Source: Akkermansiaceae bacterium (GTDB taxonomy: Bacteria > Verrucomicrobiota > Verrucomicrobiia > Verrucomicrobiales > Akkermansiaceae). From it: 64,000 bases of DNA. The notes under the pieces were generated by a model. That model worked only from the letters and a program-made list of their open reading frames with translations. It was not told the DNA's origin and made no database searches. Shown here piece by piece: positions 1 to 8,856 of this stretch. The first letter of the stretch is position 1, and each line of letters starts with the position of its first letter. The translations under genes were made by a program, and so were the position numbers. Location: assembly GCA_031412525.1 (NCBI GenBank), contig JANODE010000171.1, positions 15,499 to 79,498 on the forward strand, in the 5' to 3' direction.

Positions 1-1
1 T

Positions 2-391
2 GATACCGGTGTCTGGTTCCGCCGTTACCATCGGCTTCCGCTGAGGCCATCCTTGGTCAAATTCCTCGAAACGGAAGTGACCGAGTTCCATTTGTGTCCC
101 TTGAGCGTGGCGGAGATCGCATTCAAGTGGCAACGCGGACGCTTGCCGGGAATTCCCGATCCTGCGGCGTGGATCGATCACTCGTTGGAGAATTTCATTG
201 TGGAACATCCATCGCCGACGGCTGCCCTACAGGCCGGGCTTTGGGACTGGAACCACGGTGATCTTGTGGATCGGCTGCTGGCTGCGGTTGCTGCGGAATC
301 AGGGTTGGTCCTCATCCACACCGACCGGGTTCTTAAGGGACTCGGGGATTTTCCCCAGCGCTATTTTCCTAATACAGCGGCGGAAGCATAG
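2..391 (+). CDS. vapC: PIN-domain (VapC-family) toxin, 5'-truncated by the window edge
   Basis: The frame is open from base 2 (DTGVWFRRY...). It has the PIN acidic motifs DT.., SVAEI and HGDLVDRLL, and resembles the PIN gene at 54902-55303. Confidence 0.8.
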   Translation, partial: DTGVWFRRYHRLPLRPSLVKFLETEVTEFHLCPLSVAEIAFKWQRGRLPGIPDPAAWIDHSLENFIVEHPSPTAALQAGLWDWNHGDLVDRLLAAVAAESGLVLIHTDRVLKGLGDFPQRYFPNTAAEA

Positions 392-426
392 CCGAAAAGA
401 ATTTTCATTGAACTGGATCAACAGTC

Positions 427-2271
427 TCACTTCGGAAACAGCTCGTGCTGAAGTCCGATCCGGTCCGCTGCGGCCGCGATCTGCTTGAGGCGGTATTGGA
501 AAACGGCATCTGTCGGTTTCGCACCTGCGGGTAAGGTCACTTTCAGCCAGCGTGGCACGGGTTTCTCGAGGGAATCATTGTCGGGCGGTGTGGCGAAGGC
601 TTTGAGCAGCGTGCGGAACGGGATCAGTTTTCCGTCGAGGTAAAACTGGCCTCGTTCGTTCGCTGTCAGGGCGGTGATGCTGTTCTCAAAGAGCCCGGCG
701 CGCACCAATTCGACGGCTGCATCGGTGTCCTTGGACTCTATCACCAACTTCTCCAGTTCTGCATTCGCCTGCCGCAGCCTCTCGATTTCCTCCGCATAGC
801 GTTCCTGATTCACCACCTCGTTCTTCACCTTGTCTAGCAGAGTTTGGTTTTCCTGACGGAGTGCTTCGAACTCAGTGGGAAGTCCCGCTTCGCTCGTGTT
901 CCTCTTGCTGATCTCGCCGAGCATTTTTTGGTTCGATTCAAGAAGTCCGGCGAGACGTTGTTTGGTATCGACGAGCTCCAGTTTCTGCTGATCCAACTCA
1001 GCGTTTTTATGCTCTAACTCCGCTTTGGCATCGAGCGCCCGCTTCATGCCGACTGAAGTTCCCGCCGCACCCAGGATCAGTATCAAGAGTAGCGCTGATC
1101 CTGCGAATACCGGACCACGATGGCGTCGCGTGAAGCGCAACATGACATAGGCCATGCTCGGTGAACGGGCTTCGACCGGCTTGTGCTGGAGAAAGCGTTG
1201 CAGATCTTCCGCCATCGCGCCTGCGGATTCGTAGCGACGGGCCGGATCTTTTTCGAGGGCCTTGAGCACGATCCAATCGAGATCACCGCGCAGGGATCGC
1301 GGCGAGACTGCGGACGCCTCCGCGAGCTTGGTGCTCGGCTTCGGCGGGATGACTTCGCGGATCAGGCGCTGCATCTCGGCATAAGTCGCATTGCGGAGTT
1401 GATGGCCGTCCACTGGGGTCGCGCCCGTGAGGAGTTCGAACAAGATCACGCCCAGCGAATAGATATCGCTGCGGGTATCCACCGCCAGCGGATGGAGCTC
1501 CGCCTGCTCCGGACTCATGTATTGCGGCGTGCCGAGCATGCGGTCGTGTTGGGTGAAGAACGTTTTCTCCGTCAGTTCCATCCCGATCGCCTTCGCGATG
1601 CCGAAGTCGATCACCTTGACCATCGGTTTGCCATCGTGCAAGGAGACAAGGATGTTAGACGGTTTCACGTCGCGGTGGATGATGCCTTTCTGATGGGCGT
1701 GCTGGATGGCTGCGCAAACATCGGTGAAAAGCTCCAGGCGCTCGCGGGTATCGAGATGATTTTCCAAACAGTAATTCGTGATCGGCATGCCCTTGACCAG
1801 TTCCATCACGAAGTAAGGTCGGCAGCCTTCCGTCGTACCCGCATCATGCACCTTCGCGATGTGCGGATGGTCCATCAGAGCGAGCGCCTGGCGCTCCGCC
1901 TCGAAGCGAGCGATCACTTCCTTCGAGTCCATGCCCGGCTTGATCACCTTGAGCGCGACCTGGCGTTTCACCGGTTGGCTTTGCTCCGCGAGAAACACAG
2001 TGCCGAATCCGCCCTCGCCGATTTGTTGGAGCAATTTGTAACGACCTATCATGTCACCTTCTCCTTCCCTGCGTGTTTCGCGCCAGAGCGGATCGGCGAA
2101 GGGTTCCAAGAAAGTCTCATCCGCGAAGTGAGCGGCGATCAGCGACTCGACCTCTTCGCGTAATGCCTGATCACCCGTGCATGACTCGTCGAGATAGGCG
2201 GCGCGTTCCCGCGGGCCTGGGATTTCCAAGGCCGCATGCAGGATGATTTCCGGAGTGGGTTGATTCTGCAC
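427..2271 (-). CDS. Membrane-anchored Hanks-type Ser/Thr protein kinase (ECF-associated type)
   Basis: Kinase motifs GEGGFGTV, VALKVIK, HRDVKPSN, DFG, GTPQYMSPE and DIYSLG. The N-terminal 'ERAAYLDESC.GD..LREEVESL' segment is typical of ECF-linked kinases. A TM segment, coiled coil and small C-terminal domain follow. Confidence 0.95.
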   Translation of the reverse strand: MQNQPTPEIILHAALEIPGPRERAAYLDESCTGDQALREEVESLIAAHFADETFLEPFADPLWRETRREGEGDMIGRYKLLQQIGEGGFGTVFLAEQSQPVKRQVALKVIKPGMDSKEVIARFEAERQALALMDHPHIAKVHDAGTTEGCRPYFVMELVKGMPITNYCLENHLDTRERLELFTDVCAAIQHAHQKGIIHRDVKPSNILVSLHDGKPMVKVIDFGIAKAIGMELTEKTFFTQHDRMLGTPQYMSPEQAELHPLAVDTRSDIYSLGVILFELLTGATPVDGHQLRNATYAEMQRLIREVIPPKPSTKLAEASAVSPRSLRGDLDWIVLKALEKDPARRYESAGAMAEDLQRFLQHKPVEARSPSMAYVMLRFTRRHRGPVFAGSALLLILILGAAGTSVGMKRALDAKAELEHKNAELDQQKLELVDTKQRLAGLLESNQKMLGEISKRNTSEAGLPTEFEALRQENQTLLDKVKNEVVNQERYAEEIERLRQANAELEKLVIESKDTDAAVELVRAGLFENSITALTANERGQFYLDGKLIPFRTLLKAFATPPDNDSLEKPVPRWLKVTLPAGAKPTDAVFQYRLKQIAAAADRIGLQHELFPK

Positions 2272-2382
2272 GGCGGGTGGTTTTTGGTAAGAGTTTGAGA
2301 CTACCTGACTATGCGAAAAACCCCCGGCGATGGGATCAAATTATTCAGGTCTCCCCGATGGATGCAAAAATGCCGGCTGCCC

Positions 2383-2952
2383 TCAAACGTCCCGTTTCAG
2401 TTCCCGGAACAACCAGGCTCGCGCATAAATCCAATCCCGCTTCGCCGTGGGCGTCGAGATGCCGAGGGCCTCGGCGGTTTCCTCGATCGTCATTCCTACG
2501 AAATAGCGCAACTTGACCACCTCGGCCTTGCGCGGCTCGATTTGGGCGAAGCGATCAAGGACATCGTTAATGGCGAGAATTTCGTCATCTTTTACGGAAG
2601 GAACGGCGATGATGTCTTCTACGAAAACGGTCCGCTGCATTGCGCCGCCGTGACGTACGGCTTTTCGATGCCGCGCGCGGTCGATCAGGATGCGGCGCAT
2701 GGCTTCGGCGGCCGCGCAGAAAAAGTGCTTCCGCCCTTCCCACTGTTGTTCTCCGGGCGAGAGCTTCAGATAGGTTTCGTGCACCAAGGCGGTCGCCTGC
2801 AGGGTATGTGCCTCTGCTTCCTGCCCCAAGCGCCAGGCCGCCAGCTTGCGCAACTCCCCATAGACGAGCGGAATCAGATCTTCCGCCGCTTGCCGGTCTC
2901 CCTCGCTTGCAGCGTTGAGGATGCAAGTCACGTTGTCGCTGCCGCGTTCCAT
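2383..2952 (-). CDS. ECF RNA polymerase sigma factor, TIGR02999 (planctomycete/verrucomicrobial) type
   Basis: Motifs LIPLVYGELRKLAA, HTLQATALVHETYLKL, RHFF.AAAEAMRRILIDRAR and VKLRYFVG.T.EE.A..LGIS..T..RDW..ARAWL. Start moved to the ATG at 2952; it lies directly upstream of the kinase. Confidence 0.93.
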   Translation of the reverse strand: MERGSDNVTCILNAASEGDRQAAEDLIPLVYGELRKLAAWRLGQEAEAHTLQATALVHETYLKLSPGEQQWEGRKHFFCAAAEAMRRILIDRARHRKAVRHGGAMQRTVFVEDIIAVPSVKDDEILAINDVLDRFAQIEPRKAEVVKLRYFVGMTIEETAEALGISTPTAKRDWIYARAWLFRELKRDV

Positions 2953-3133
2953 TCCACACGCTCCCGTTTTCAAATCCGAACTGCAAGTTCGGTCGCAATC
3001 GACTGATTGAAAACCGCCTTGCAGGCTGATTTCAGGGGCTTGGATCGTTAGTTTTTTGTGTTCACTTGGTAAAATCGCAGTATAAAGGCACCTCAACCCG
3101 CTTCCTCCAAAAGCGGATTTCCTCATCCCCTCC

Positions 3134-4813
3134 ATGAAGCCTCCATTCTACGTCATCGGTCACAAAAACCCTGATACCGACGCGATTTGCTCCGCCATTG
3201 GCTATGCCGCCCTGCTCCGTGCGGTGGGCGAGGAACCGAATGCGATCGCCGCGCGTTGTGGTGAAATTTCCCAACGCACGAAATGGGTGCTTGAGCGGGC
3301 TGGCTTGGAAGCCCCCTTGCTGATCACCGATGTCCGCACGAACGCGGCGATGATCTGCCATCGCAAGGTGATCAAGGTGGATTGGTCGGACACGTTCCTC
3401 ACCGCCTACCGCCGCATGCTCACGGCGCAGATCCGCTGCGTGCCGGTGGAGGACGAGGATGGAAACCTGCGCGGCATTCTGCGTTATTTCGATTTGCTCA
3501 AACTCCTGCTGCCCGCCGATACCGAAGGCCTCAGCGTGCGGACGATCCATGTCTCGCTGGCGAAACTGGCCGACACTCTGCAGGCACAGTCACTCGGTGC
3601 GATGTTGCCATCTCCGGAGTTCGAAGAGGATCTCATCTTGTTAGTAGGCGCGTCATCGCAGTCGACCGTGGACAAGCGTCTGCGGCAGGCGATCCAGGAT
3701 GGAAATGTCGGCCGGTTTCTCGTCATCTGTGGCGACCGTCCGATCGTGCAGCGCTACGCCATCGATCACGGTGCGCGTGCTCTGTTAGTCACAGGAGACA
3801 ATCCTATTTCCGGTGAAATCCTCGCCTACGCCGCACGCAGCGGAGTGGTGGTGCTGCGTTGCCATCAGGACACGGCCAGCGCTTCCACACTCATCCGCTG
3901 CTCGCGTACGGTGCGGCACGTGATGGAGGAAAATTTCCTAACGGTCACTGCCTCCGAGTCGGTCTCACGACTGCGGAAACGGCTCGGCACGATTGACCAG
4001 GATCTGTTTCCCGTCATCGAACACGCGGGGGGCAAAATGGTCGGCGTGATTGCAAAATCCGATCTCGTCGATCCGTCGCGCATCCGCCTCGCACTCGTCG
4101 ATCACAACGAATACGCACAGGCCGTCAATGGCGTCGAGGAAGCAGAGATTACGGAAGTCATCGATCACCACCGCCTCGCCGGCGACCTGGTTTCGCGTGA
4201 GCCGATCCGCTATCTGAACGAGCCCGTGGGGTCGACGTGCACGCTTGTCGGCCGGAAATTTTTCCACCGCGGCCTCATGCCGCAGCCGAGTGTGGCGATG
4301 TGTCTCTGCGCGGGAATCGTTTCCGATACGCTTTGCCTGACCTCACCGACGACGACATTGTTAGATCGCGAGATGCTCAATTGGCTCAGCGGCGTGGCCG
4401 GTGTGGATCCGAAAAAATTCACGGACGAGTTCTTCGCCGTGGGTTCGCTGATCGCTAACGGAACTCCGGAGGAGATCCTGAATGCGGACCGCAAGGAGTT
4501 CACCGAGCAGGGTTTGTCTGTCAGCATTTCACAAGTTGAGGAGCGCGACCTGCATGGTTTTGCCGCTCGGCGTGAGGAACTGGAAGCCGCCTTGAAGGAG
4601 CTCCACGTGGCGAGGAGTTATGATCTGGCGGTGCTCGCGGTGACGGATGTGGCGCTGCATCACAGCATGATCCTGGCGGTGGGCCAGGATGCCGCGCTGG
4701 CGAAGCTGCCCTTCGAGCGCATGGACGGAAGCCTCTTTCACGCCCCCGGCGTGGTCAGCCGCAAGCGCCAGATTTTCCCCGCTGTCTGTGAGGCGATCCA
4801 GCACTCGCGGTGA
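3134..4813 (+). CDS. ppaC: Mn-dependent inorganic pyrophosphatase with CBS-DRTGG-CBS insert (family II, DHH/DHHA2)
   Basis: GHKNPDTDAICSAI, LVDHN, IDHH, EPVGSTCT, SDTL and SRKRQ motifs, with a ~240-aa regulatory insert. Confidence 0.92.
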   Translation: MKPPFYVIGHKNPDTDAICSAIGYAALLRAVGEEPNAIAARCGEISQRTKWVLERAGLEAPLLITDVRTNAAMICHRKVIKVDWSDTFLTAYRRMLTAQIRCVPVEDEDGNLRGILRYFDLLKLLLPADTEGLSVRTIHVSLAKLADTLQAQSLGAMLPSPEFEEDLILLVGASSQSTVDKRLRQAIQDGNVGRFLVICGDRPIVQRYAIDHGARALLVTGDNPISGEILAYAARSGVVVLRCHQDTASASTLIRCSRTVRHVMEENFLTVTASESVSRLRKRLGTIDQDLFPVIEHAGGKMVGVIAKSDLVDPSRIRLALVDHNEYAQAVNGVEEAEITEVIDHHRLAGDLVSREPIRYLNEPVGSTCTLVGRKFFHRGLMPQPSVAMCLCAGIVSDTLCLTSPTTTLLDREMLNWLSGVAGVDPKKFTDEFFAVGSLIANGTPEEILNADRKEFTEQGLSVSISQVEERDLHGFAARREELEAALKELHVARSYDLAVLAVTDVALHHSMILAVGQDAALAKLPFERMDGSLFHAPGVVSRKRQIFPAVCEAIQHSR

Positions 4814-6172
4814 TCATTTACCGATACAAAAGCTGCTGAAAATCACTCCCAGCAGATCCTCGGTATCGACGCGTCCTGGAATTTCCCCCAATGCGTCGAG
4901 CGCCTCGCGAAGATCGATGGCGGCGAGTTCGGCATCGGAATTTTCATCATCCAACAGCTCCAGTGCCGCGAGCAAGCCGGTCCGCGCCTGGGCAAGGCTG
5001 GCCTGGTGGCGGGCGTTGATGGCCACCGCGTGCTCGCCCCAGTCCGCCTCGCTGAAATGAAGGGAATCCCGGATCGCGTCGGAAAGTGCTTCGAAGCCCT
5101 CGCCGTTGGTGCAGGATAGCCGGATCGCTTCCACGTCCGACCACGATGCGTGTTCGCCAAGGTCGGTCTTGTTCAGGACTAACAAATGTTTCGCCGCGGT
5201 CGCTGGAAGCACGCCATCCGTTGGACGGGGTAGGTTCGCATCGGCGATTTCCAACAGAAGATCCGCCGCTTCGATTTGTCGGACGGTGCGCTGGATGCCC
5301 TCCGCCTCGATGCGGTCAGATGCCTCGCGCACGCCTGCGGTGTCGACGAGACGCAGTGGAATGCCGTTCAAATTGATTGTTTCCTCGATCGTGTCGCGAG
5401 TGGTGCCGGCGATGTCGCTGACGATGGCGCGCTCGAATCCTAACAATCGGTTGAGCAGACTGGATTTCCCCACATTCGGCTCGCCGAAGATGACAGTCCT
5501 AACACCCTCGCGGAGGATGCGTCCCTGGTCGGCCGTGGCCAGCAGGGAGTCTACGACCGCGAGCACGGCGTGGATGCGTCCGCGCAGCAGCACGCCGGTT
5601 TGCGGATCGATGCCTTCTTCGGGAAAATCGATCCAGGCTTCGAGGTGCGCGAGTGTTTCGAGCAATTGATCGCGCGCTTCGGTCGTCCGGCGGCCGAGTG
5701 TTCCCTCGAGCTGGCTGCGCGCGGCACGAAGGGAAAGCCGGGTCTGCGCGGAGATCAGGTCCATCACGCCTTCGGCCTGTGTCAGGTCGAGCTTGCCATT
5801 GAGAAAGGCGCGCTGGGTAAATTCGCCCGGTCCGGCGGCGGCGGCCCCACAGGCGAGAAATCGTCCTAACACCTCGCGGGTGACCAGAATGCCGCCGTGA
5901 CCGGTGAATTCCACGCTGTCTTCGCCGGTGTAGCTGTTAGGAGAGCGGAAGACAGTCAGCAGGCCATCGTCGATCACTTCACCCCTGGCATCTATCAGCT
6001 CGCAATAGCGCGTGGTCCGCGGCATGACTGAGGATGCTTTCCCGGACGTCGCCCGGTCCGCGATGGCGATGGCATCAGGCCCGGAGATCCTCACCATCGA
6101 GATCGCGCCGACGCCGGGTGCCGTGGCGATTGCCGCAATCGTCGTGCGCTCGGGTGCGTGGATCGCTTCCAT
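4814..6172 (-). CDS. mnmE: tRNA modification GTPase MnmE/TrmE
   Basis: TIAAIATAPG, SYTGED, GEFTQRAFLNGKLDL, GEPNVGKSSL, GTTRD, DTAG and terminal FCIGK. Start trimmed to the ATG at 6172. Confidence 0.97.
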   Translation of the reverse strand: MEAIHAPERTTIAAIATAPGVGAISMVRISGPDAIAIADRATSGKASSVMPRTTRYCELIDARGEVIDDGLLTVFRSPNSYTGEDSVEFTGHGGILVTREVLGRFLACGAAAAGPGEFTQRAFLNGKLDLTQAEGVMDLISAQTRLSLRAARSQLEGTLGRRTTEARDQLLETLAHLEAWIDFPEEGIDPQTGVLLRGRIHAVLAVVDSLLATADQGRILREGVRTVIFGEPNVGKSSLLNRLLGFERAIVSDIAGTTRDTIEETINLNGIPLRLVDTAGVREASDRIEAEGIQRTVRQIEAADLLLEIADANLPRPTDGVLPATAAKHLLVLNKTDLGEHASWSDVEAIRLSCTNGEGFEALSDAIRDSLHFSEADWGEHAVAINARHQASLAQARTGLLAALELLDDENSDAELAAIDLREALDALGEIPGRVDTEDLLGVIFSSFCIGK

Positions 6173-6180
6173 GCGTTTGA

Positions 6181-7632
6181 TCACTTCGTCGATGCCGTTG
6201 CGGGCGTTTCCTGTCCGCCGAGGCCGAGGAATTCCCAACAGACGAAACGGGTGATTTCGAGTTCAGGTGCACTTGGCTCGCCGGTCCATTTCAGCTCGAC
6301 CGTGGCGGTGCGGGTAATCGGGTGGTTCTCTTTCGTGCCGCGCCAGTTGATGATGGAGAGCGCGCGGCCGGTTTCCGAATCGATCCTCACGTTCACCCGT
6401 GCGACGTCACCCGTGTTGGCCGGATCGGCGATCCGATAGGTGCGCGTGCCGGCGACGGAGCGACCTTTTTCGGGGACATCCTCGACGACAAACACGCGGA
6501 AAACACCGCTCTGACCGGCTTCGGGAAGTTCGACGAAATTCTGGAACGTCCGGTATTTTGTCTGAGCGAAGATTTCCCAATCCATTTTCAACCCATCTGG
6601 AGTGCGTTTGAAAAACGCATGCACCCGCAGCGGTTCCATCGCGAAATTTCCAACACGGGCCAGCGTGCTCAGCAACAAGTCCGCCTCTTCGACGCCGTAC
6701 TGGACTTCGAGACTTGCGAGCGGCCGGAAGAACTCCTTCATGTCAAACTGCGGAGGCTGGTCGTAAATCATCATGAAAAGGCCCCGCTTGCGGTCTTCTT
6801 CTGATAGTTCGTAGATCGAGAACGCGTCCGCCGGGGTGTCGGTGTCGATGATGACGCCGCCGCCGTAGAAGTCGTCGATTTTCTGTTTGAGGCCATCGGC
6901 ATTCAGGACGAAAGGCAGTTTTTCATCGCCGGATTTCGCCGCCATGTAGCCACGCAATGTCTGATAGGCTTCCTTCTGCCAGCCGATGCGGATGTAGTTC
7001 GCCTCGCTGATGGCAGGATCCACAGCGGTCTTGTTGACCACCGGCGCCTCGATGTTTCGGCCCATGTCTTTGGAAACAAAATAAACTCCAGCTCCGGCGC
7101 CGAGGAAGAGTAGGAACAGCACGACCATGACGGGGATCAACCCACTGCGCTGGGATTTGCCGGATTTTTGGGAGGATTTCTTTTTCGGCTGGTTGCCATG
7201 CGCCGAAGGATTTTTCGGAGGCAGCTCGACGGGATGTGGACGTTCGTCTTTGAGTTTTTCCGGCTCGGAGGTGATCGCTGCAGTCGGCTTTTCCGGCTCG
7301 GGCGGACTTACCACCACGGGTGCGATTGGCGGTGAGGGCGGCGGGGTGGCGACCGGCCGCGGCGGATCTGCAGGCGGTGGCGGCGCGACCGCTCGTGCTG
7401 GAACTGGCACCGGATCCTCACTTGGATTGACCGAATCGGGTGCGGCTGGAGTTTTTGGGATTTGAAACTCTGAAACCGGCGCGGAAATTTCAGGTGCCGG
7501 CGACGTGATCACGCCGCTGCAATGCGGGCATGGACCGGTGGTGGAGGGCAAATCCTTGGGGATGAGAATTTTCCCCGTGCAATGAACGCAGCGGAACTCC
7601 CTTTGGTGATCTGGAATCTCGGAATTTGCCAT
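6181..7632 (-). CDS. Hypothetical bitopic membrane protein: N-terminal Zn-ribbon, Pro-rich linker, TM, C-terminal domain
   Basis: CVHC...CPHC at the N-terminus, a long Pro-rich stretch and the hydrophobic helix LIPVMVVLFLLFLGAGAGVYFV. The 483-aa ORF is co-oriented with its neighbours. Confidence 0.85.
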   Translation of the reverse strand: MANSEIPDHQREFRCVHCTGKILIPKDLPSTTGPCPHCSGVITSPAPEISAPVSEFQIPKTPAAPDSVNPSEDPVPVPARAVAPPPPADPPRPVATPPPSPPIAPVVVSPPEPEKPTAAITSEPEKLKDERPHPVELPPKNPSAHGNQPKKKSSQKSGKSQRSGLIPVMVVLFLLFLGAGAGVYFVSKDMGRNIEAPVVNKTAVDPAISEANYIRIGWQKEAYQTLRGYMAAKSGDEKLPFVLNADGLKQKIDDFYGGGVIIDTDTPADAFSIYELSEEDRKRGLFMMIYDQPPQFDMKEFFRPLASLEVQYGVEEADLLLSTLARVGNFAMEPLRVHAFFKRTPDGLKMDWEIFAQTKYRTFQNFVELPEAGQSGVFRVFVVEDVPEKGRSVAGTRTYRIADPANTGDVARVNVRIDSETGRALSIINWRGTKENHPITRTATVELKWTGEPSAPELEITRFVCWEFLGLGGQETPATASTK

Positions 7633-7701
7633 GATGAAACTTTCCCCGGAGCAGAAGATTAGGAAATCGAAAGCGCCCTGTCAAATATCAGCCGGGAAAC
7701 T

Positions 7702-8808
7702 TCAAACCGCCGCCGTGGTCGCCAGGACAGAATCCAGCACCTCAATGCAGCGCTCGTTCTGTGTCTGGGTTCCGACTGAAATGCGCACCCAGTCCGGCAA
7801 TTGATAGCTGCTCATGGCTCGGATGATGACGCCCTGTTTCAGCATGTCCCGGAAGACCTGATCGCCGTCACCGACCTTAACGAGCAGGAAGTTCGCAAAG
7901 CTCGGAACGAACTCGAGGCCACGCTCCTTGAATGCCGCTTCATAGAACGCCATGCCGGCCGAGTTCACCTCGCGCGTCCTGGCGATGTGCACTTCGTCCT
8001 TCAGCGCGGCAAGTGCGCCGGCCTGGGCGATGGCGTTGACGTTGAACGGCTGGCGGGCCTTCTGCAGGAGAGTGGCAACATTTTTCGAGGCGAGCCCATA
8101 GCCGACACGCAAAGCAGCAAGTCCGTGGATTTTTGAAAACGTCCGCAGCACGCAGACGTTGCGGCCCTCACGGACATAGCGGAGTGCGTCCGGCGGAGAG
8201 TCGGGGAACTCGAAGTAGGCTTCATCGAACACGACGATGACATGCTCGGGCACGCGCGCCATGAAACGGTCGATCGCTGCCTGGCCGACCATGGTTCCTG
8301 TTGGATTGTTAGGATTGGCGATGAAGACGAGGCGGGTGTTGGAGTTGATCGCGTCCGCCATCGCGTCGAGGTCGTGGATGAATCCGGGATCCGGCACTTG
8401 CACGTATTTCGCGCCGAAGAGCGTGGCCATGAGCTTATAAACGACGAAGGCATGCTCGGCGGCGATGAGTTCCGCATCGCGGTTGAGGAAGGTGTGGCAA
8501 AGCAGCTCGATGATCTCGTTAGAACCGTTGCCGAGCACCACGTTGGAAATCTCCATTCCGAACGAATCCGCGATGGCGTTGCGAAGCCGGTAGCCGCCGC
8601 CGTCCGGATAGATGTGCGCTTCATCGAGTGCGTCGCGCATCGCCGCCTTGGCCAAAGGGGAAGGGCCTAACGGGTTTTCATTCGAAGCCACCTTGACGAT
8701 CCGTGAGGGATCAAGCCCGAGCTCGCGGGCCGTTTCATCAATGGGTTTTCCCGGCTCGTAGGCCACCAGGTCGCACACAAACCGGTTTGCATATTGGTCG
8801 ATCGTCAT
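7702..8808 (-). CDS. hisC: Histidinol-phosphate aminotransferase
   Basis: ASNENPLG, YPD, GNGSNE, NPNNPTG, DEAY, RTFSK.HGLAALRVGY. Confidence 0.95.
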   Translation of the reverse strand: MTIDQYANRFVCDLVAYEPGKPIDETARELGLDPSRIVKVASNENPLGPSPLAKAAMRDALDEAHIYPDGGGYRLRNAIADSFGMEISNVVLGNGSNEIIELLCHTFLNRDAELIAAEHAFVVYKLMATLFGAKYVQVPDPGFIHDLDAMADAINSNTRLVFIANPNNPTGTMVGQAAIDRFMARVPEHVIVVFDEAYFEFPDSPPDALRYVREGRNVCVLRTFSKIHGLAALRVGYGLASKNVATLLQKARQPFNVNAIAQAGALAALKDEVHIARTREVNSAGMAFYEAAFKERGLEFVPSFANFLLVKVGDGDQVFRDMLKQGVIIRAMSSYQLPDWVRISVGTQTQNERCIEVLDSVLATTAAV

Positions 8809-8856
8809 TTCGTGGGAAATCTAGGTTCGCGGCGGGTGCTGGTCAAAATTTTTGTC

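Noticed and set aside
1183-2163. Long antisense ORFs (also 9670-10518, 14121-15467, 22675-23514, 31240-32379, 48331-49155, 61499-62944, 62650-63474)
   Set aside because: These are shadow frames opposite well-supported genes, expected in GC-rich DNA, and show no family motifs.
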